From assembly GCF_009914755.1 (NCBI RefSeq), contig NC_060937.1: a stretch of DNA of 64,000 nt. One strand, given 5' to 3'. The stretch comes from the human T2T-CHM13v2.0 reference genome, Homo sapiens. The position numbers and the translations under genes were made by a program. Shown here piece by piece: positions 38,611 through 52,254 of the stretch. The first letter of the stretch is position 1. The number at the start of each line of letters is the position of its first letter. A model generated the notes under the pieces. The model ran no database searches. It saw only the letters and a list, made by a program, of their open reading frames with translations, and was not told where the DNA came from.

Positions 38611-40520
38611 TTCTTAATGAAAGACTTTTAGACAAAAACGAAACAGGAATTTCTGATTCTGAAAATCCCCAACATCTCCAGATGACTAACAATTATAAAA
38701 TTATGAAATTGCTTCCAGGCAAAGATACAATCCAAGGTACTCCCCAGAAAACATAGTCTTGTAATAAAGTTGAAGGTGTGGCTATAAATCCTTAAGACCT
38801 TTTCTAAATCTAACATGGTGCCACAGAAAACTGCTCAGTCAAACCATGAAGTTTCTCAGAAGCTCAAGGGTAAATTCCTTTAACAATCTCAGCAGAAACT
38901 CAAGTTAAAGAAGGACTTGTCTCAGAAAGATTTTCAGACAGGGCTTTTGTCTAATAAGGTGCCCACAAATATTTAAGACAATTATAGTGGCACAGACACC
39001 ACTACTTTGAACAGAAAGGGAAAGAAACATTACAAAAGGAACCAAAAATAAGGACTTTGGATCCCCAAAATTCTACTGGTAGGAAGTAGGCTGTGAAAAC
39101 GACACAGCTGCAAAAACAGCTGATAGTCCTTTCATGCAAATGCACGAATGACTCAGAGACAAGTACCAAGAGCCCAGTGGGCAGATCCAAGAACAGTGGG
39201 GAAGAAATAGGACTGCATCCCAATCAAGCAATATCCAAAACATGCCCATTTCGACTTCAGACCATTGACTCTCATATGCCTGCTGCTTTCTACATTTTTG
39301 AACAGGAGTGTCTTTTGTAGTTATCTTATGCCCATCCCACCACTGTCTGTTGCATTTTAGAGGAAGATAGCTTGTCTCTATTTCCCAGGGGTGTTCAGAT
39401 CAAGATCAGCTGTACTCACAGAGCTCTATTTGAAAAACTATACCTAAGGACCCATGTCTATATCTGTGCCTGATTTATATGATGAAATCTGGACTTTGAG
39501 CTGAGGCTATAATAGGATGAGACTTTTGGGAGACTTGGGAGGAGTGCAAGTATATTTTGCACGTGGGATAGGTATGAATCACTGGAATCCAGGAGGTAGA
39601 CTATAGTAGTCAGCTTCCAAAATGTTCCCCAATGTTTCCCAACTTAGAATTTCCATCCTTGTGTAGTCTTCTCCAGCATCCAACAGAGCTCACTTATGTA
39701 ATCACTAAGATACTGCAGAAATGACAGTAGGACTTCCAAGCTAGGTCACAAAGACATTGCAGCTTCTAACTTTACACTGTCTCTTGGATCACTGTTCTAG
39801 AGAAAGCAGATTCTATATTGTAAGGATACTCAAGTAGCCCTATGGAGAGGATATGTGGAGAGGAATTGAATTAGTAGTGTGCTGATAAACATTTAACATT
39901 TGCCTCTTCTTTAAAAAAGTGTGTACACACACACACACTCATATGTGTGTCTGTGTGTGTTTACTGGTAATGTTACCGTTATAAAAGATGTATGGGAAAC
40001 AATTTTTTAAAATAATGAAATAAATTATAGTCTTTATTTTAAATAACCTATGGCTAATTGATTCTCACAGAATATTTTCATTGATTATGTTTGCTGAATT
40101 TCTGACATAAACGTTGGTTAATATTTTCAGTTACACAAATAAAAAGTGAAGTAACAAAGATGTATGTTGTAGCTTCATTCGTCAGTAGCATGAAAGATTT
40201 CTTTGCTGAACTGGATAGTAGCTACAAATACAGGAAGAATATTTCTTCAAGTTTTTGTGTCATTCACAAAGTAAGAGCTACTGATGTGACCTATTTTTAG
40301 TTTAATCTGCATTATTAATATTTCTCCATCACTTTCTAAAGTCTAAAAATCAATAAAAGAATAGATCAAGTTCTGATTTGTTGTATTTGCTGATATCCAC
40401 AGTGTAAATACTCCCACTGTGGCTGATTTCAAGGCAGTGGTTTAAGGTCACTGAATGCAGAAATGGAATGAGATGTGCAATAGAACACAACTATGTAAAA
40501 TCTCCCTCACGTGGATACAA

Positions 40521-41254
40521 TGAAACTGCCTTCGCAAAAAGTATAACTGAGGAAATTATGACAGTGAAAGAGATCAGATCTAACTGACTCCATCTTGCTT
40601 CTAACCTTTACGCTGTACACATACATTCCCGGGCATAGGCTGAACTAACCTTGGGAAGGAATTTAGCTTATAGTTTGACTCTGAAACAAAATTGATAATA
40701 GTCTTTACCCAAAAAGACCCTTTTCTGACCTGGGGACCAGTCTGCCTTTGTAGGTCTAACAAATTAGCTCTACAAGATTAGAAATTAGGATTTAGGGGTC
40801 ATGCAGCCTCTGGCTGCAAGTGTCTGAATGTCCCCAAATTGATCCTGGAGATAACATCTCTATTGTAAAACCTAAGATCAATGCTTGAGATATTTTGCAG
40901 ACCCTGCACTGGATGAATCAGCTTTCACCACCCAGACTGGTAATCTGGATCAAGCAGTTCTGTGATCCCACCCAGGAACAGAGGACAGCAAGAAAACCTC
41001 ACGTCCACCCACTATGATTCCATCTCCAACCTGACCAATCAGCACTCCCCACTTCCCGAGCCCCTACTTGCCAAATTATCTTTAAAAACTCTGATCCCCT
41101 AATGCTCAGGGAGACTGATTTGAGTAATAATAAAACTCCAATCTCCCTCACAGCTGTCCTCTGCATTAATTATTCTTTATCCATTACAATTCCCCTGTCT
41201 TGGTAATCGGCTCTGTCTAGGCAGCAGGCAAGGTGAGCCCATTGGGCAGTTACA
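40521..41254 (+). mobile_element. LTR8A-like ERV1 solo LTR
   Basis: TGAAACTGCCTT...GACAGTGAAAGAGATC...GACTCCATCTTGCTTCTAACC start; ...CCCATTGGGCAGTTACA end. Confidence 0.88.
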
Positions 41255-41330
41255 ATACACATAAATAACCACAGAAGCACAAATAAAGGAAAAACACGTA
41301 AATTTATTAGGAAGTGATGAGTTTTGAGTA

Positions 41331-41758
41331 CGTTAAAGTAAACTAAATATGGCCTGAGAAGGACTCTGTACTTCTATATTTGAGTCCTTGTAGACAAACT
41401 GCAACCTAACTTAATAGTTAGACAAGATTGAACACCTAACTTAGGAGTATGTGCCTGAAACAATAGCTGAGTCTTGGCCAATCCCAGCAGCAGTACTTCA
41501 ATGGCTCTTACACCGCTGGCTGTTCAAACTCTGTTCAAACAAGGCAAACACTGAGCTGAAACCAATCCAGCTGTTTCTGTATATCACTTCCCATTTCTGT
41601 ACCTCACTTTACTTTTTGGGTCTATAAATTTGTTCTGACCATGAGGCACCCCTGGAGTCTCTCTGAATCTGCTGTGATTCTGGGGACTGCCTGATTTGTG
41701 AATCATTTCATTGCTCAATTAAACTTCTTTAAATTTAATTCTGCTGAAGGTTTTAACA
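41331..41758 (+). mobile_element. MER57-family ERV1 solo LTR
   Basis: (C)GTTAAAGTAAACTAAATATGGCCTGAGAAGGACTC start; ...TTTTAACA end; 4-bp TSD AGTA (41327-41330, 41759-41762). Confidence 0.88.
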
Positions 41759-42809
41759 AGTATTTACTAGTTTTGCTTTTAATATAATTTACTTAAATTA
41801 ACTTTTTGATAATGGATTTAATGATTTAATTTTTAATGGATAATGATTTAATTTTTGATAATGGATGTGTTTAACAATTGGCTTACAAAATTCCTGAAAT
41901 TTAACACCCGGCTCTCAGAAGCAGGCATCAGCCAGCTCCAACACACTGTTGAACTGAAGCCTTCTGCCAACAGCCATGTGAGTGAACCATCTTGGAAGCA
42001 GACCCTCCAGCCCAGTCGAACCTCCAGATGACTGCATCCCCAGTCAACATACTAACTGCAACCTCATGAAAGGCTCTGAGCCAGAACTTCCCAGCTACAC
42101 TGCCACCTCTGAATCCCTGACCCACAGGCTCCGTGAGATGGTTTATTGTTTAAACCACAAAATGTTCAGGCAATTTGCAACTCAACAAGAGATAATGTAT
42201 CAGCAGCTGCTGGAGTCATGGGAGACATCACCACATGGAGGTAGAGAGGTACAGGAGGGAAATGAGAGGAGCCCTGGATAAGCAACAGCAAATTTCATGG
42301 GGTTCCCTTGACACCTCTGTAAGCACCCCTAGAAGTAGTTGGGAGAAATTCAAGAGAGAACTGGGTTCTTTTTTTGAGGGTTATTTTTAAACCAATGAAG
42401 TAACTGAGGCTCAGAGAGGCTAAATGACTTATCTAAAATACATAGCCGATAAACTAGTAATTAGTAAAATCTGGATTTAAACCCAATTCCAAGAAAGTGC
42501 TCTCCCAAGAAGTCTTTAACAAGATTTTTAACTTTAGAACACTTTATTGTTTATGAATAATTTGATGTTCACAATGATCTGATAAGTGAAAGGATTATTT
42601 CCACTTTACATTGTTAAAAATTGAGATTTGTACAACTAGTAACCAGAGCTGAAACTAGAAAACCTTTGAACTTGTAGTCTAATATTTAAAAAAAGACTGA
42701 AAGTATAAGTTAATTTGAGTATAAAATATGGTTGTATATAATTAAGTGTTAAACTTTGTAGTGTAGAATACAAAGCCTATAAAAATTCAGAACTTAACAG
42801 GCTTCTTAT

Positions 42810-43412
42810 GTTTTTCATAGACTTTTTAAAATTTTTTTTATTATACTTTAAGTTCTAGGGTACACGTGCACAACGTGCACGTTTGTTACATATGTATACA
42901 TGTGCCATGTTGGTGTGCTGCACCCATTAACTCGTCATTTACATTAGGTATATCACCTAATGCTATCCATCCCCCCTCCCCCTACCCCATGACAGGCCCT
43001 GGTGTGTGATGTTCCCCACCCTGTGTCCAAGTGTTCTCATTGTTCCACCTATGAGTGAGAACATGCAGTGTTTGGTTTTCTGTCCTTGCGATAGTTTGCT
43101 CAGAACGATGGTTTAGAGTAGTTTTAGGTTCATGGCAAAATTGAGTGGTAGGTACAGAGACTTCCCATATATCCCCTGCCTGACACATGCATAATCCCTC
43201 CACTCCACCACCAACCACAGCCTCCCCCACCAGAACCTACATTAACACATCATTATCACCCAAATCAGCATTAAGTTTCATTCTTGGTGTTGTTCATTCT
43301 GTATATTTGGAAAAATGTATAATGTCATGTGTTTACCATTAGAGTATCATACAGAGTAGATTCACAGCACTAAAAATCCTCTGTGCTCTGCCTATTTATC
43401 CCTCCCTCCTCC
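42810..43412 (-). mobile_element. L1MC1-like 3' end interrupted by an L1PA
   Basis: TTAGAGTAGTTTTAGGTTCATGGCAAAATTGAG...GTACAGAGACTTCCCATAT...CTAAAAATCCTCTGTGCTC. Confidence 0.75.
42832..43113 (-). mobile_element. L1PA (PA4-6-like) 5'-truncated 3' end
   Basis: TTATTATACTTTAAGTTCTAGGGTACA...ATGAGTGAGAACATGCAGTGTTTGGTTTTCTG. Confidence 0.92.
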
Positions 43413-44306
43413 TTATTAATTACTAGTCTTTCTAATTTGTAGGTAAGGGCAAAGAAGCATCTAAAAATACAAAGCACCTGCTGTCGGTAAATGTAGATAG
43501 TTTTTAAAGATTTATTAACATTCTTACTTGTTCAAAATCAGACTTCTTTTGGGCCTTACCCAATTTGACCCAGGACCTTGGGCCCATATTAATTTGCATG
43601 AATGCCTCATACAATATTGGTATATTTCCAAGCTCTTCAAATTAATTCATTTTAATAGCTTTTCATAAGCACTTCAAATGAAGAGTCACACGGCTTTGTT
43701 TTCCAGATGTCCTTTCATGTATCTGAATAAGCCTATCAGACTTTTATGATTATAACAATTCAGGATAGGAAAGACCAGCCACCAAATTTAACTTGGCCAC
43801 TCTTAACAAATTCCATATTGCTTTTTAAGCTTTTATTATTTATATATTTGGCACAATAAGTGCAGCAGTAGGAACGCTATTAAAATGACCTAAAATTTGA
43901 AAGACTGAATTAAAAAAAGAATGCACTCTGGCACTAACCATGAGAAACCTAAACCAAATGATCCACCCTGAGAGGTACATTGTAAACGTAATGATTAGAG
44001 AAACAGGATGTGTCCAGAATCCAGTCAGGAATAACAGAATGTCGCTGAAATCCAATCAAACACACTAGAGACTCAGGAAAGCCTAAAAATGATGGCAGTC
44101 AAAGAAAACTACAAAGTGATCAACTGTATTACCATTTGTAGGAGGAAAATGTGTCAACAGACCTAGGGTGGGCTGCAGAAGAGTTTGGAAAAGGGAAGGC
44201 AAAGATGCAGGGAAACAGATGAGTATTCTAGGCAGTTTCTAACATCAAATACCTAAAGACAGAATCCGGTTAATTCTCAGATAGGATGGTCCCCTTTGCC
44301 CAGGTT

Positions 44307-44995
44307 AGTGAACCTCAAACGTTTTGGTCTCATGACCTGTTTACATCTTTAAAAATTATTATTATTATTTTTTTAAGAGCTCGGCTTTTTTTTTAAGAGC
44401 TGGGATTTTTTTTATGTGAGTTATATAAAACTCGGTGTTGTTTTATCTATTGATACAGCAGCTCCCCCTTACCCAGTTTCACTTTCCACCGTTTCATTTA
44501 CCCAAGGTCAACCATGATCCCAAAATACTGAATGGAAAATTCCATAAATAAACAATTCAAATGTTTGACATTGTCCACTACTCTGAGTAGCATGATGAAA
44601 TATCGCACTGTCTCATTCCATCCTGCCTGGGATATGAATCATTCCTTTGTCCAGCATATCCACATCATCTATGCTACCCACCCTTGCAGCACTCAGTAGC
44701 TGCCTGGGTTATCAGATCTACTGTCATGATATTGCAAAACTCATGTTTGTCACCTTTATTGTACTTAATAATGGCTTCAACATGCAAGAGTAGTGATGCT
44801 GGCATATTGTTATAATTGTTCTATTTTATTATTAGTTATTATTGTTAATCTCTTATTGTGTCTGATTTATAAATTAAACTGTATTAAAGCAAATAACCTC
44901 TTAATATTATCATAAAAGTACTTTGGAGTTCACAGAACCCCAAAAGGTTCTTAAGGACTCCCAGTAGTCCTTAGAGTACATCTTCAGGACCACTT
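44307..44995. mobile_element. hAT-Charlie non-autonomous element interrupted by a MER44/Tigger7 element (44456 to about 44885)
   Basis: CTCAAACGTTTTGGTCTCATGACC...AAAAATTATT host; TA then CAGCAGCTCCCCCTTACC...GGAAAATTCC...GAGTAGTGATGCTGGC insert. Confidence 0.65.
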
Positions 44996-45289
44996 TTCTG
45001 GAAAATCACCAGTTCAACAACTCTTAAAAAACTTCCAACGGGAGATGAGAAATTTACCTCTCCCAATAGTCTAGCCACCCGCCATCTTTGGGACTAGCAT
45101 TCTGACTTATACCAGGCTGGAAGAAGTTAGGTGGGGGAAGGGGTTTCCCTCTGAGTTTCCTCAGCTCTAGTAAAACTTTGCCTAGGATTCTCAAAGCTGA
45201 TGCACCTCCCCGCTATAAAGCTCAAGTTCAATCTCACTCTCAAGCGTCACTGATCAGGACTCTGAGAAATAAACCACTGAACATGTTAG

Positions 45290-45770
45290 AATAATGGAGT
45301 GTATACACTAACTAAGCACCTACATACTTCAAGTTCTAAGTTCTGTTAGGCACTTTTTAATGATATGCCATTAATTCCCATTACAACCCTGTGAGATAGA
45401 TTTTATAATCCTTCTTTGAGAGATGGACAAACTGAAAGGTTAAGGCATTACACAAAATCGTACTGGTATGTGGTAAAGCTGGAATTTGAACCTTTTCATG
45501 GTAATAGTTACTATAATAACAAATAGTGACTGACTGCAAGTATGCCAAGATATTGCTCTAAATTTTACGTATGTCATCTCACAACAATTCTATAAGGTAG
45601 ATACTATTATTAATTTCCCATATATATTTGAGAACTGTGACACAAATAGTTTAAGTAACATACACAAGATCATCCAACACATAATTGGTGGAGCTTGACT
45701 TACATTGAACCCAGACAGTCTGATTCCAGAATCCATGCTCTTAACCCCTAACTTCCACCCTTCTCCCAGG
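45290..45770 (-). mobile_element. two adjacent MIR fragments
   Basis: ACAACCCTGTGAGATAG...AGATGGACAAACTGA and TTAAGTAAC...CAAGATCA...TGAACCCAGACAGTCTGATTCCAGA. Confidence 0.6.
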
Positions 45771-46386
45771 CATGGTCATTCTCAAGCCTATACCCTTACC
45801 CTCTTATGGACTGCCTCTTTGGAAGTCCTCAAAAAGGGACCTCACAGAGATGCACCATCTCCTGGCTACCAGGTATGTACTGAGGCCAATCAGATACAGT
45901 AAGATCATCTTCATAACACAAATATGTATTAATATTGTAGCAGCAAATATTTAAGAATAAATGCACTAAATATCTACATGTTTTGAGGAACAAACAATAG
46001 AAAAACTAATTAATTTTACAAAAGAACATTTAAAACATAGATAATTAAAGGACGAGGGAATCTCAGAATCATAGAATTATAAAGGATCCTAGCTAAGAAA
46101 TCACTAAGTAGAAAAGGCATGTAGACATGAACAGAGAGAGTATTTGAACCTATGTAGAGCCTCAGTCTATCTCCACATCACTCAACATCAATAATTCAAG
46201 GACTCTGGCCTGCTAGGAATAATTCAAAGATACTCTTATACTACAAGTGCCAGAAATAGAGTTGAGGCCATTGGCCAATTTTTAAATATCCATTTGTTTC
46301 CTTGTGTAGCCTAACTCTGACCATCTATAATGCTGCTTAACTTCTTATTTTTTTAAAAAAAGCACATCAGTGTTAAGACCATATTA

Positions 46387-46819
<433 letters not shown>

Positions 46820-47661
46820 TTAATACATTACACTTTGTTTTTATCTATATGTTTTTTTTATTTATCCCACTGCCAATTTTAATGATTATTTAGAGCTTTG
46901 AACTCTTGCTGAATAGAAAACTCCATTTCCATTGATAATGGCTCCACTTAGGTTCTTTCACAGCCATTTGGATATAAAGATGAATGTAAAAACAATTCCT
47001 TTGACATTCTTTGATAATTTCAAAAAGGGCAGAAATTTAGAATCTGAGAGCTTTTCAGCTGGAAAAAAGAAGTACGAGTTAGAACTGGGTAAACCCTTCC
47101 TGGCTTTCTATGACTTTCATTTAAATACTCCTCTTCCAACCAAACTCACTCTATCCTAACCAGATAGACTTGAATTCAGAGTTGGTAAGGGGAATTTAAG
47201 CTCAACTGTACTGATTGTAGCAATATTCACATGTAATCATACAAACAAAACCCTTTCTCCCCTTCTCCCTCTCCTTCCCTCCCTCCAACCCACCTCCCTT
47301 CCTTGATCTTCAGGATAGTACAGGTCTGCTGTTTTAATAGTCCCTTTGCTTATTGGTTACAAAAATGTTCTATTCCTCTATAGAGAGAGAAGCTAGGAGT
47401 GGAATGCTGTCTTGGGTCCAATTAAGCTTAACTGATTCAACAGTTTTCTTTTCTGAACCATATTATGAATAATCATTCAAAAATGATTCTGAGCAACTTA
47501 TAAATTTAAAAGCTGTGCATGATAATCCAGGCCACATTCTTTGATTGGTTCTGTTGTTGCTGAAACAGATATGGTCATATTAGGAGTGGGGAATATTTTT
47601 TAAGGATTTTAACTAAAGAAAAACTTAAATGAAGTTTAAAAAACTGATCCAATCAACATAC

Positions 47662-47707
47662 TGTGTGTGTGTGTCTGTGTGTGTGTGTGTGCGTGTGTGT
47701 GTGTGTG
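47662..47707. repeat. interrupted (TG)n microsatellite
   Basis: Directly visible. Confidence 0.95.
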
Positions 47708-48725
47708 CTCACAAGAGCCTTGGGCTGTATGCAGCATATAAAATATTTAACAGCACGAACAATAAAATTTAATACACAGACCCTATAGGAAATGTATATT
47801 TCAAAATTTTAAATCGAGTTTGGTTGTGTAATTAATTATCCAAACAGCAACAGCTGATAGACCCAGAATAGAAACAGGTTCAAAAGAACTAGGATAAATA
47901 TGTAAGAGTTTATAAATAACATCCATCTGTTATTAGTTATATCTCATAGATGCAGCAAATCAACACGTGTTCCTCATATTGGTTACTGTTTGTCCCAAAA
48001 TATCTCTCTTGCCAAAGCACCTTGGAGCAAAGTGATTGATGATAAAGAGGCAGAGAGAGTACTCTTCAATTTTTAGTTTGTAACATTTCTATATGATGGT
48101 ATATTCCCCTTCTCCTTTTGTAACAGCCTTGTTATGTTATCTTTATCTGACACCATAGTGCCTGTGACAAATAAACAAGAAGTGATGGATAAAATGGGTC
48201 ACGCTCAGGCATTTTTTAATGTGTGGTGTGGTGCTGCTGAGGATAGCTGGGTGTTGGAACCTGGAGCAGTAGAACTCCACAGAGCAGGTGCACGGCAGGT
48301 GCACGAGGGCGGTGCCTGCAAAGAACTAGAGGGCACCACAGCTGAAGAGGCCACCAGAGGACTTCCAGAAAGTGTGTGGAATAAAAAGATTTGAAAAAAA
48401 TTACATTAGTGGATTATATTGTAAATTCAGGGCCTTGCCATCAGCCCCTGCCAAGTTTTAGCTCCATGTTAAAAGTATTTTCTTCAACTGATTCCACTCA
48501 TATTGAAACAGGATTAGTATTATCAATTTTCTTTTACCCACCTCACAGAACATTGTTCAGAATGGTTAGTATCGGTGAAAAAGTTCAAGGAGGTAGATAA
48601 AAATAGCTATCCATCTGTCTACCTTTCTCTTCAATCCAATGGATATGTACAGACATCCTGAAGAATCAACTGGAAGCTAGACATCCTTCTTCAAGGATTG
48701 TAGTCTAGCTGGAGAGATAAGGTAC

Positions 48726-49128
48726 TGTATTCAATATCTAATGCTACCTAAAAAATTATTCAAATTTAGAGGCTTAAAATAACCAACTTTCATTACCTTA
48801 TGGTTCCTATAGGCCAGGAATTGAGGAGCAGCTTAACTGGGTTAATCTGGCTCAAGATGTCTGAGAAGGCTGCAGTGCGGCTATTGGCTGGAGCGGCAGT
48901 CTCATTCAAAGGCTCCACCTGCTTCCAATCTCAGTCACAAAGTTGTTGTCAGGCTTCAGTTCCTCCCTGGCTGACTGGGAGACCTCAGCTCCTTACCTAT
49001 CAATAGTTTGTCTAAGTGGTCTCCTGACATGGCAGTTGACTTTCCTCTGGGAGAGTGATCTAAGAGAAAGTGAGTGGGGGAGGGAGAAAGAGAGAGAGAG
49101 TGAGCCAGCACACCCAAGATAGAAGCTA

Positions 49129-49160
<32 letters not shown>

Positions 49161-49345
49161 GAGACAAAGTCTCACTCAAGCCACAGTCTTTTTGTAACCT
49201 AATATCAGAAGGGACATACCATTACTTCTGCCACATACTGTTGGCCACACAGACCAACCCTGATAAAATATGGAAGGGACTACAAAGTGTGTGAAAATCA
49301 GGAGGTGGAGATTATTGGGGGTCACCTTGGAAAGTGGCTACCACA
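48726..49345 (-). mobile_element. MLT1F/E-like MaLR solo LTR
   Basis: GGCCAGGAATTGAGGAGCAGCTTAACTGGG, CATGGCAGTTGACTTTCC, and end GGGTCACCTTGGAAAGTGGCTACCACA. Confidence 0.8.
49133..49177 (-). mobile_element. extremely 5'-truncated Alu (17 nt plus T28)
   Basis: T28-GAGACAAAGTCTCACTC flanked by AAGCTACAG / AAGCCACAG. Confidence 0.75.
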
Positions 49346-50371
49346 CCTATTTCTGAAAAAAAAATGAAAAAAAATCAAATGTGCAAGTTCAATGAATGCT
49401 AAATCTAAATTAGTATTCAGAAAATACAAGAACATCCCAGGGGGGCTGGGCTACTGAGGAAAGGGGATGTGGCTGACAGGGTTTCCAACAGGTCTTGAGG
49501 GACGGTTAGAATTTAAACAGGCAGGTAGACACTGGGAAAACATTCCAGCTGAGGAAAGTAGCAGGACGGGCTGAGGGGTAGACAATTGTCCACAAGACAT
49601 ACTGGAGAAGCTAGAAAAGCCAGCTAAGTTTTATTCTGACAGGCTTCCACTTTTGGGGCCCAGCAAATTTTTCAAGAAAAGATAATACTGAGTTTTCCTG
49701 CCTAGACTTCAGAATTGTAACTCTTTGATACTAGAATCTATGATTCACTGAACCTCATGAAAAATCCCATTACAGACAGAAGTGCAGAAGGCACCCCAAG
49801 ATAATGAGAATCAACCCCTAGAACACCTGTAAACCTAAACTGGAAACACTATACTATTTAAAGCATTAAATCTCCCAGTGTTTTTTATGCAGTGCAGCAG
49901 TATGCTACCAGATACTGAAACAGGCCATTATTTTTGAAATCAAAAGAATCTTACCCCAAACTGGGATTAATCAAACATTAATGAATTTCGATGAGCTGTT
50001 TTCATGGTCTCTATTATCTAATGATTAATATCCTATCAATGAAATATTTCTCATCTCATTTAGCCTCCTAATTTATTTAGATAGGAAATAAACAAAGGAA
50101 AATGATATATCTGTGTTGGAACTTTTTCTTCTTCGAGATCAGTGTTTAATAGTGAGAAGAGCACTCCGTCTTTCCATTGATCCCTGTCTAATAGCATATG
50201 TGGGTCACCTCTGTAATTGGCACCTAGATGCAACAGAGGAAATGAAGCAACCCCCTCTGCAATCCCATAGCATGGACTTTGGTGACTGAGGGGAAGTAAT
50301 TTGTTCCAACTCCAGAGTTTTCATCATATTTTAAACAGGTTAGTTCTGTCCTTTGTTGTATTTTTTTGTGG

Positions 50372-50765
50372 AGGGTAAAACATACATAATACAAAATTTG
50401 CCATTTAAACCATTTTTCATACACTTGAGTGGCATTAAATACTTTCACATTATTGTGCAACCATCACCATCATCTAACATCAGAACTTATCTTTCCACAC
50501 TGAAACTGCAACTATTAAACAATAACTCCCGTTCCTCCTTCACCCAAGCCACTGGTCTACTTTCTGTCCCCATGAATTTGATTTTCTACTTTCTGTCCCC
50601 ATGAATTTGACTTTCTACTTTCTGTCCCCATGAATTTGACTTTCTACTTTCTGTCCCCATGAATTTGACTATTCCAGGCACTTCACAGAAGAGGAATCAT
50701 ACAATATTTGTCCTTTTGTATCTGGCTTATTCACATAGCATAATTTCTTTTAGGTTCATCCATTG
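50372..50765 (-). mobile_element. L1MB-like 3' end
   Basis: AGTGGCATTAAATACTTTCACATTATTGTGCAACCATCACC...GGAATCATACAATATTTGTCCTTTTG. Confidence 0.8.
50557..50670. repeat. minisatellite, 29-bp unit x 3.9
   Basis: CTACTTTCTGTCCCCATGAATTTGA(C/T)TTT starting at 50557, 50586, 50615 and 50644. Confidence 0.97.
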
Positions 50766-51149
50766 CCCCTCACTGTCTTAAATATATTTTGTCCATGAAG
50801 AAAGTCATGTTCCTTCTTAAGCATGTGGAATTTGTTTCTATCTTTATGTGAGGTTATATGTGATTTTACCTCCCTTCAATGCTTAACAAGCAAGGATGTC
50901 ACAGGAGGGATAACGCTATACACTCTTACCCCGGAAATAGGAACAGAGAAAGAGAGCTGGTGAGTTGGCACTGTCTCTGAGGATGTGAGCAGGAACTTAC
51001 TAATGGGATCCAGAAGCGGTTATCAGGAGCTCAAGGTGAGAGGGCACATGGTTGGGTCTCCTGACCCCTCTGGCTTACACTCTCTTTATATGCTCCTGAA
51101 TGGCAAAGGAAGTCTAGATCCATTTTCTCCTGGTTTTAATAATAGCCTT

Positions 51150-51482
<333 letters not shown>

Positions 51483-52254
51483 TCATTGATTACAATGGAA
51501 TGAAGGATTTTAAGTGTTTAACCTACACTATGCTTCACTGCTTGTGAAGAGATATGGGTATTCTTGGCATTAATTGGGACCAGAAGTTGTTTTAAATGTA
51601 AATGTGTCCTAGGTAGCAGTTTTATTGAATCACTGCATGATCTCAGTGTGATATATATCACATCAGATGATAGATAGATAGATAGGCAAGCACATACATT
51701 ACACCACTGAGGTCATGAAATAATTCATAGCTAGATCTGCATGTATAAGTGTGTGCACACATGTGTATAGTGACATAAGCAAAGATAATATGGCTTCCAG
51801 GTGACTATGAAGGACAGTGAGGAGAGTAAATGTCTAGGTAAATATTTGGTGAGCTATGCTGGGAAAACTAATACGGTACTGTCCCCTCACTTTGACACCA
51901 AAAAAGCCACCAGAGGGGTATGATCTTCATGACAGATGTCACCTCACAGTCCACTGCTATAAGGCATATCAGAATTTAGAAGGAAAGAAAAGGAGCTTTT
52001 AAGAACTCTTTGAGGAGATAAACAGGATTTCATTTAATGCTCTTCAAAAGATCCAAGAAAAAGATGAAAACTTCTTTTAAAATTATTTTGGTTATTGGAC
52101 TATAGTTTACATGCAATTCCATGCAGAAATAAAAGCACATCCAACCCTGTCTTTAATTAGGGTTACAAGTTTCACTCACTGTTTTCCTTCTCCATCGTCA
52201 TTAGAAGGATCACTATTTGGCTTTAACTGAGCTCATTCTCAGCTGACCATTGTT

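Larger units (their letters stand above)
39872..41948 (-). mobile_element. MER63-family hAT-Blackjack DNA transposon inside the 3' MLT1F LTR
   Basis: Ends TAGTAGTGTGCTGA / GCCAGCTCCAACACACTG; internal GTAAATACTCCCAC...GATTTCAAG and TTAGGAAGTGATGAGTTTTGAGTA blocks. Confidence 0.8.
37388..42202 (+). mobile_element. MLT1F-type MaLR provirus: 5' LTR about 37388-37918, internal 37919-39601, 3' LTR 39602-42202 (interrupted)
   Basis: Two homologous LTRs (GTAGCCAGCCTCTAAGAT / GTAGTCAGCTTCCAAAAT; GCTAGGTCA...AGACATTGCAG); MaLR-internal text with GTGGCTTTGGAA and ATGAGACTTTTGGG. Confidence 0.85.

Noticed and set aside
50557-50670. 29-bp direct repeats as a possible CRISPR array
   Set aside because: The units are head-to-tail with no spacers, sit within a mammalian L1, and have no cas genes nearby.
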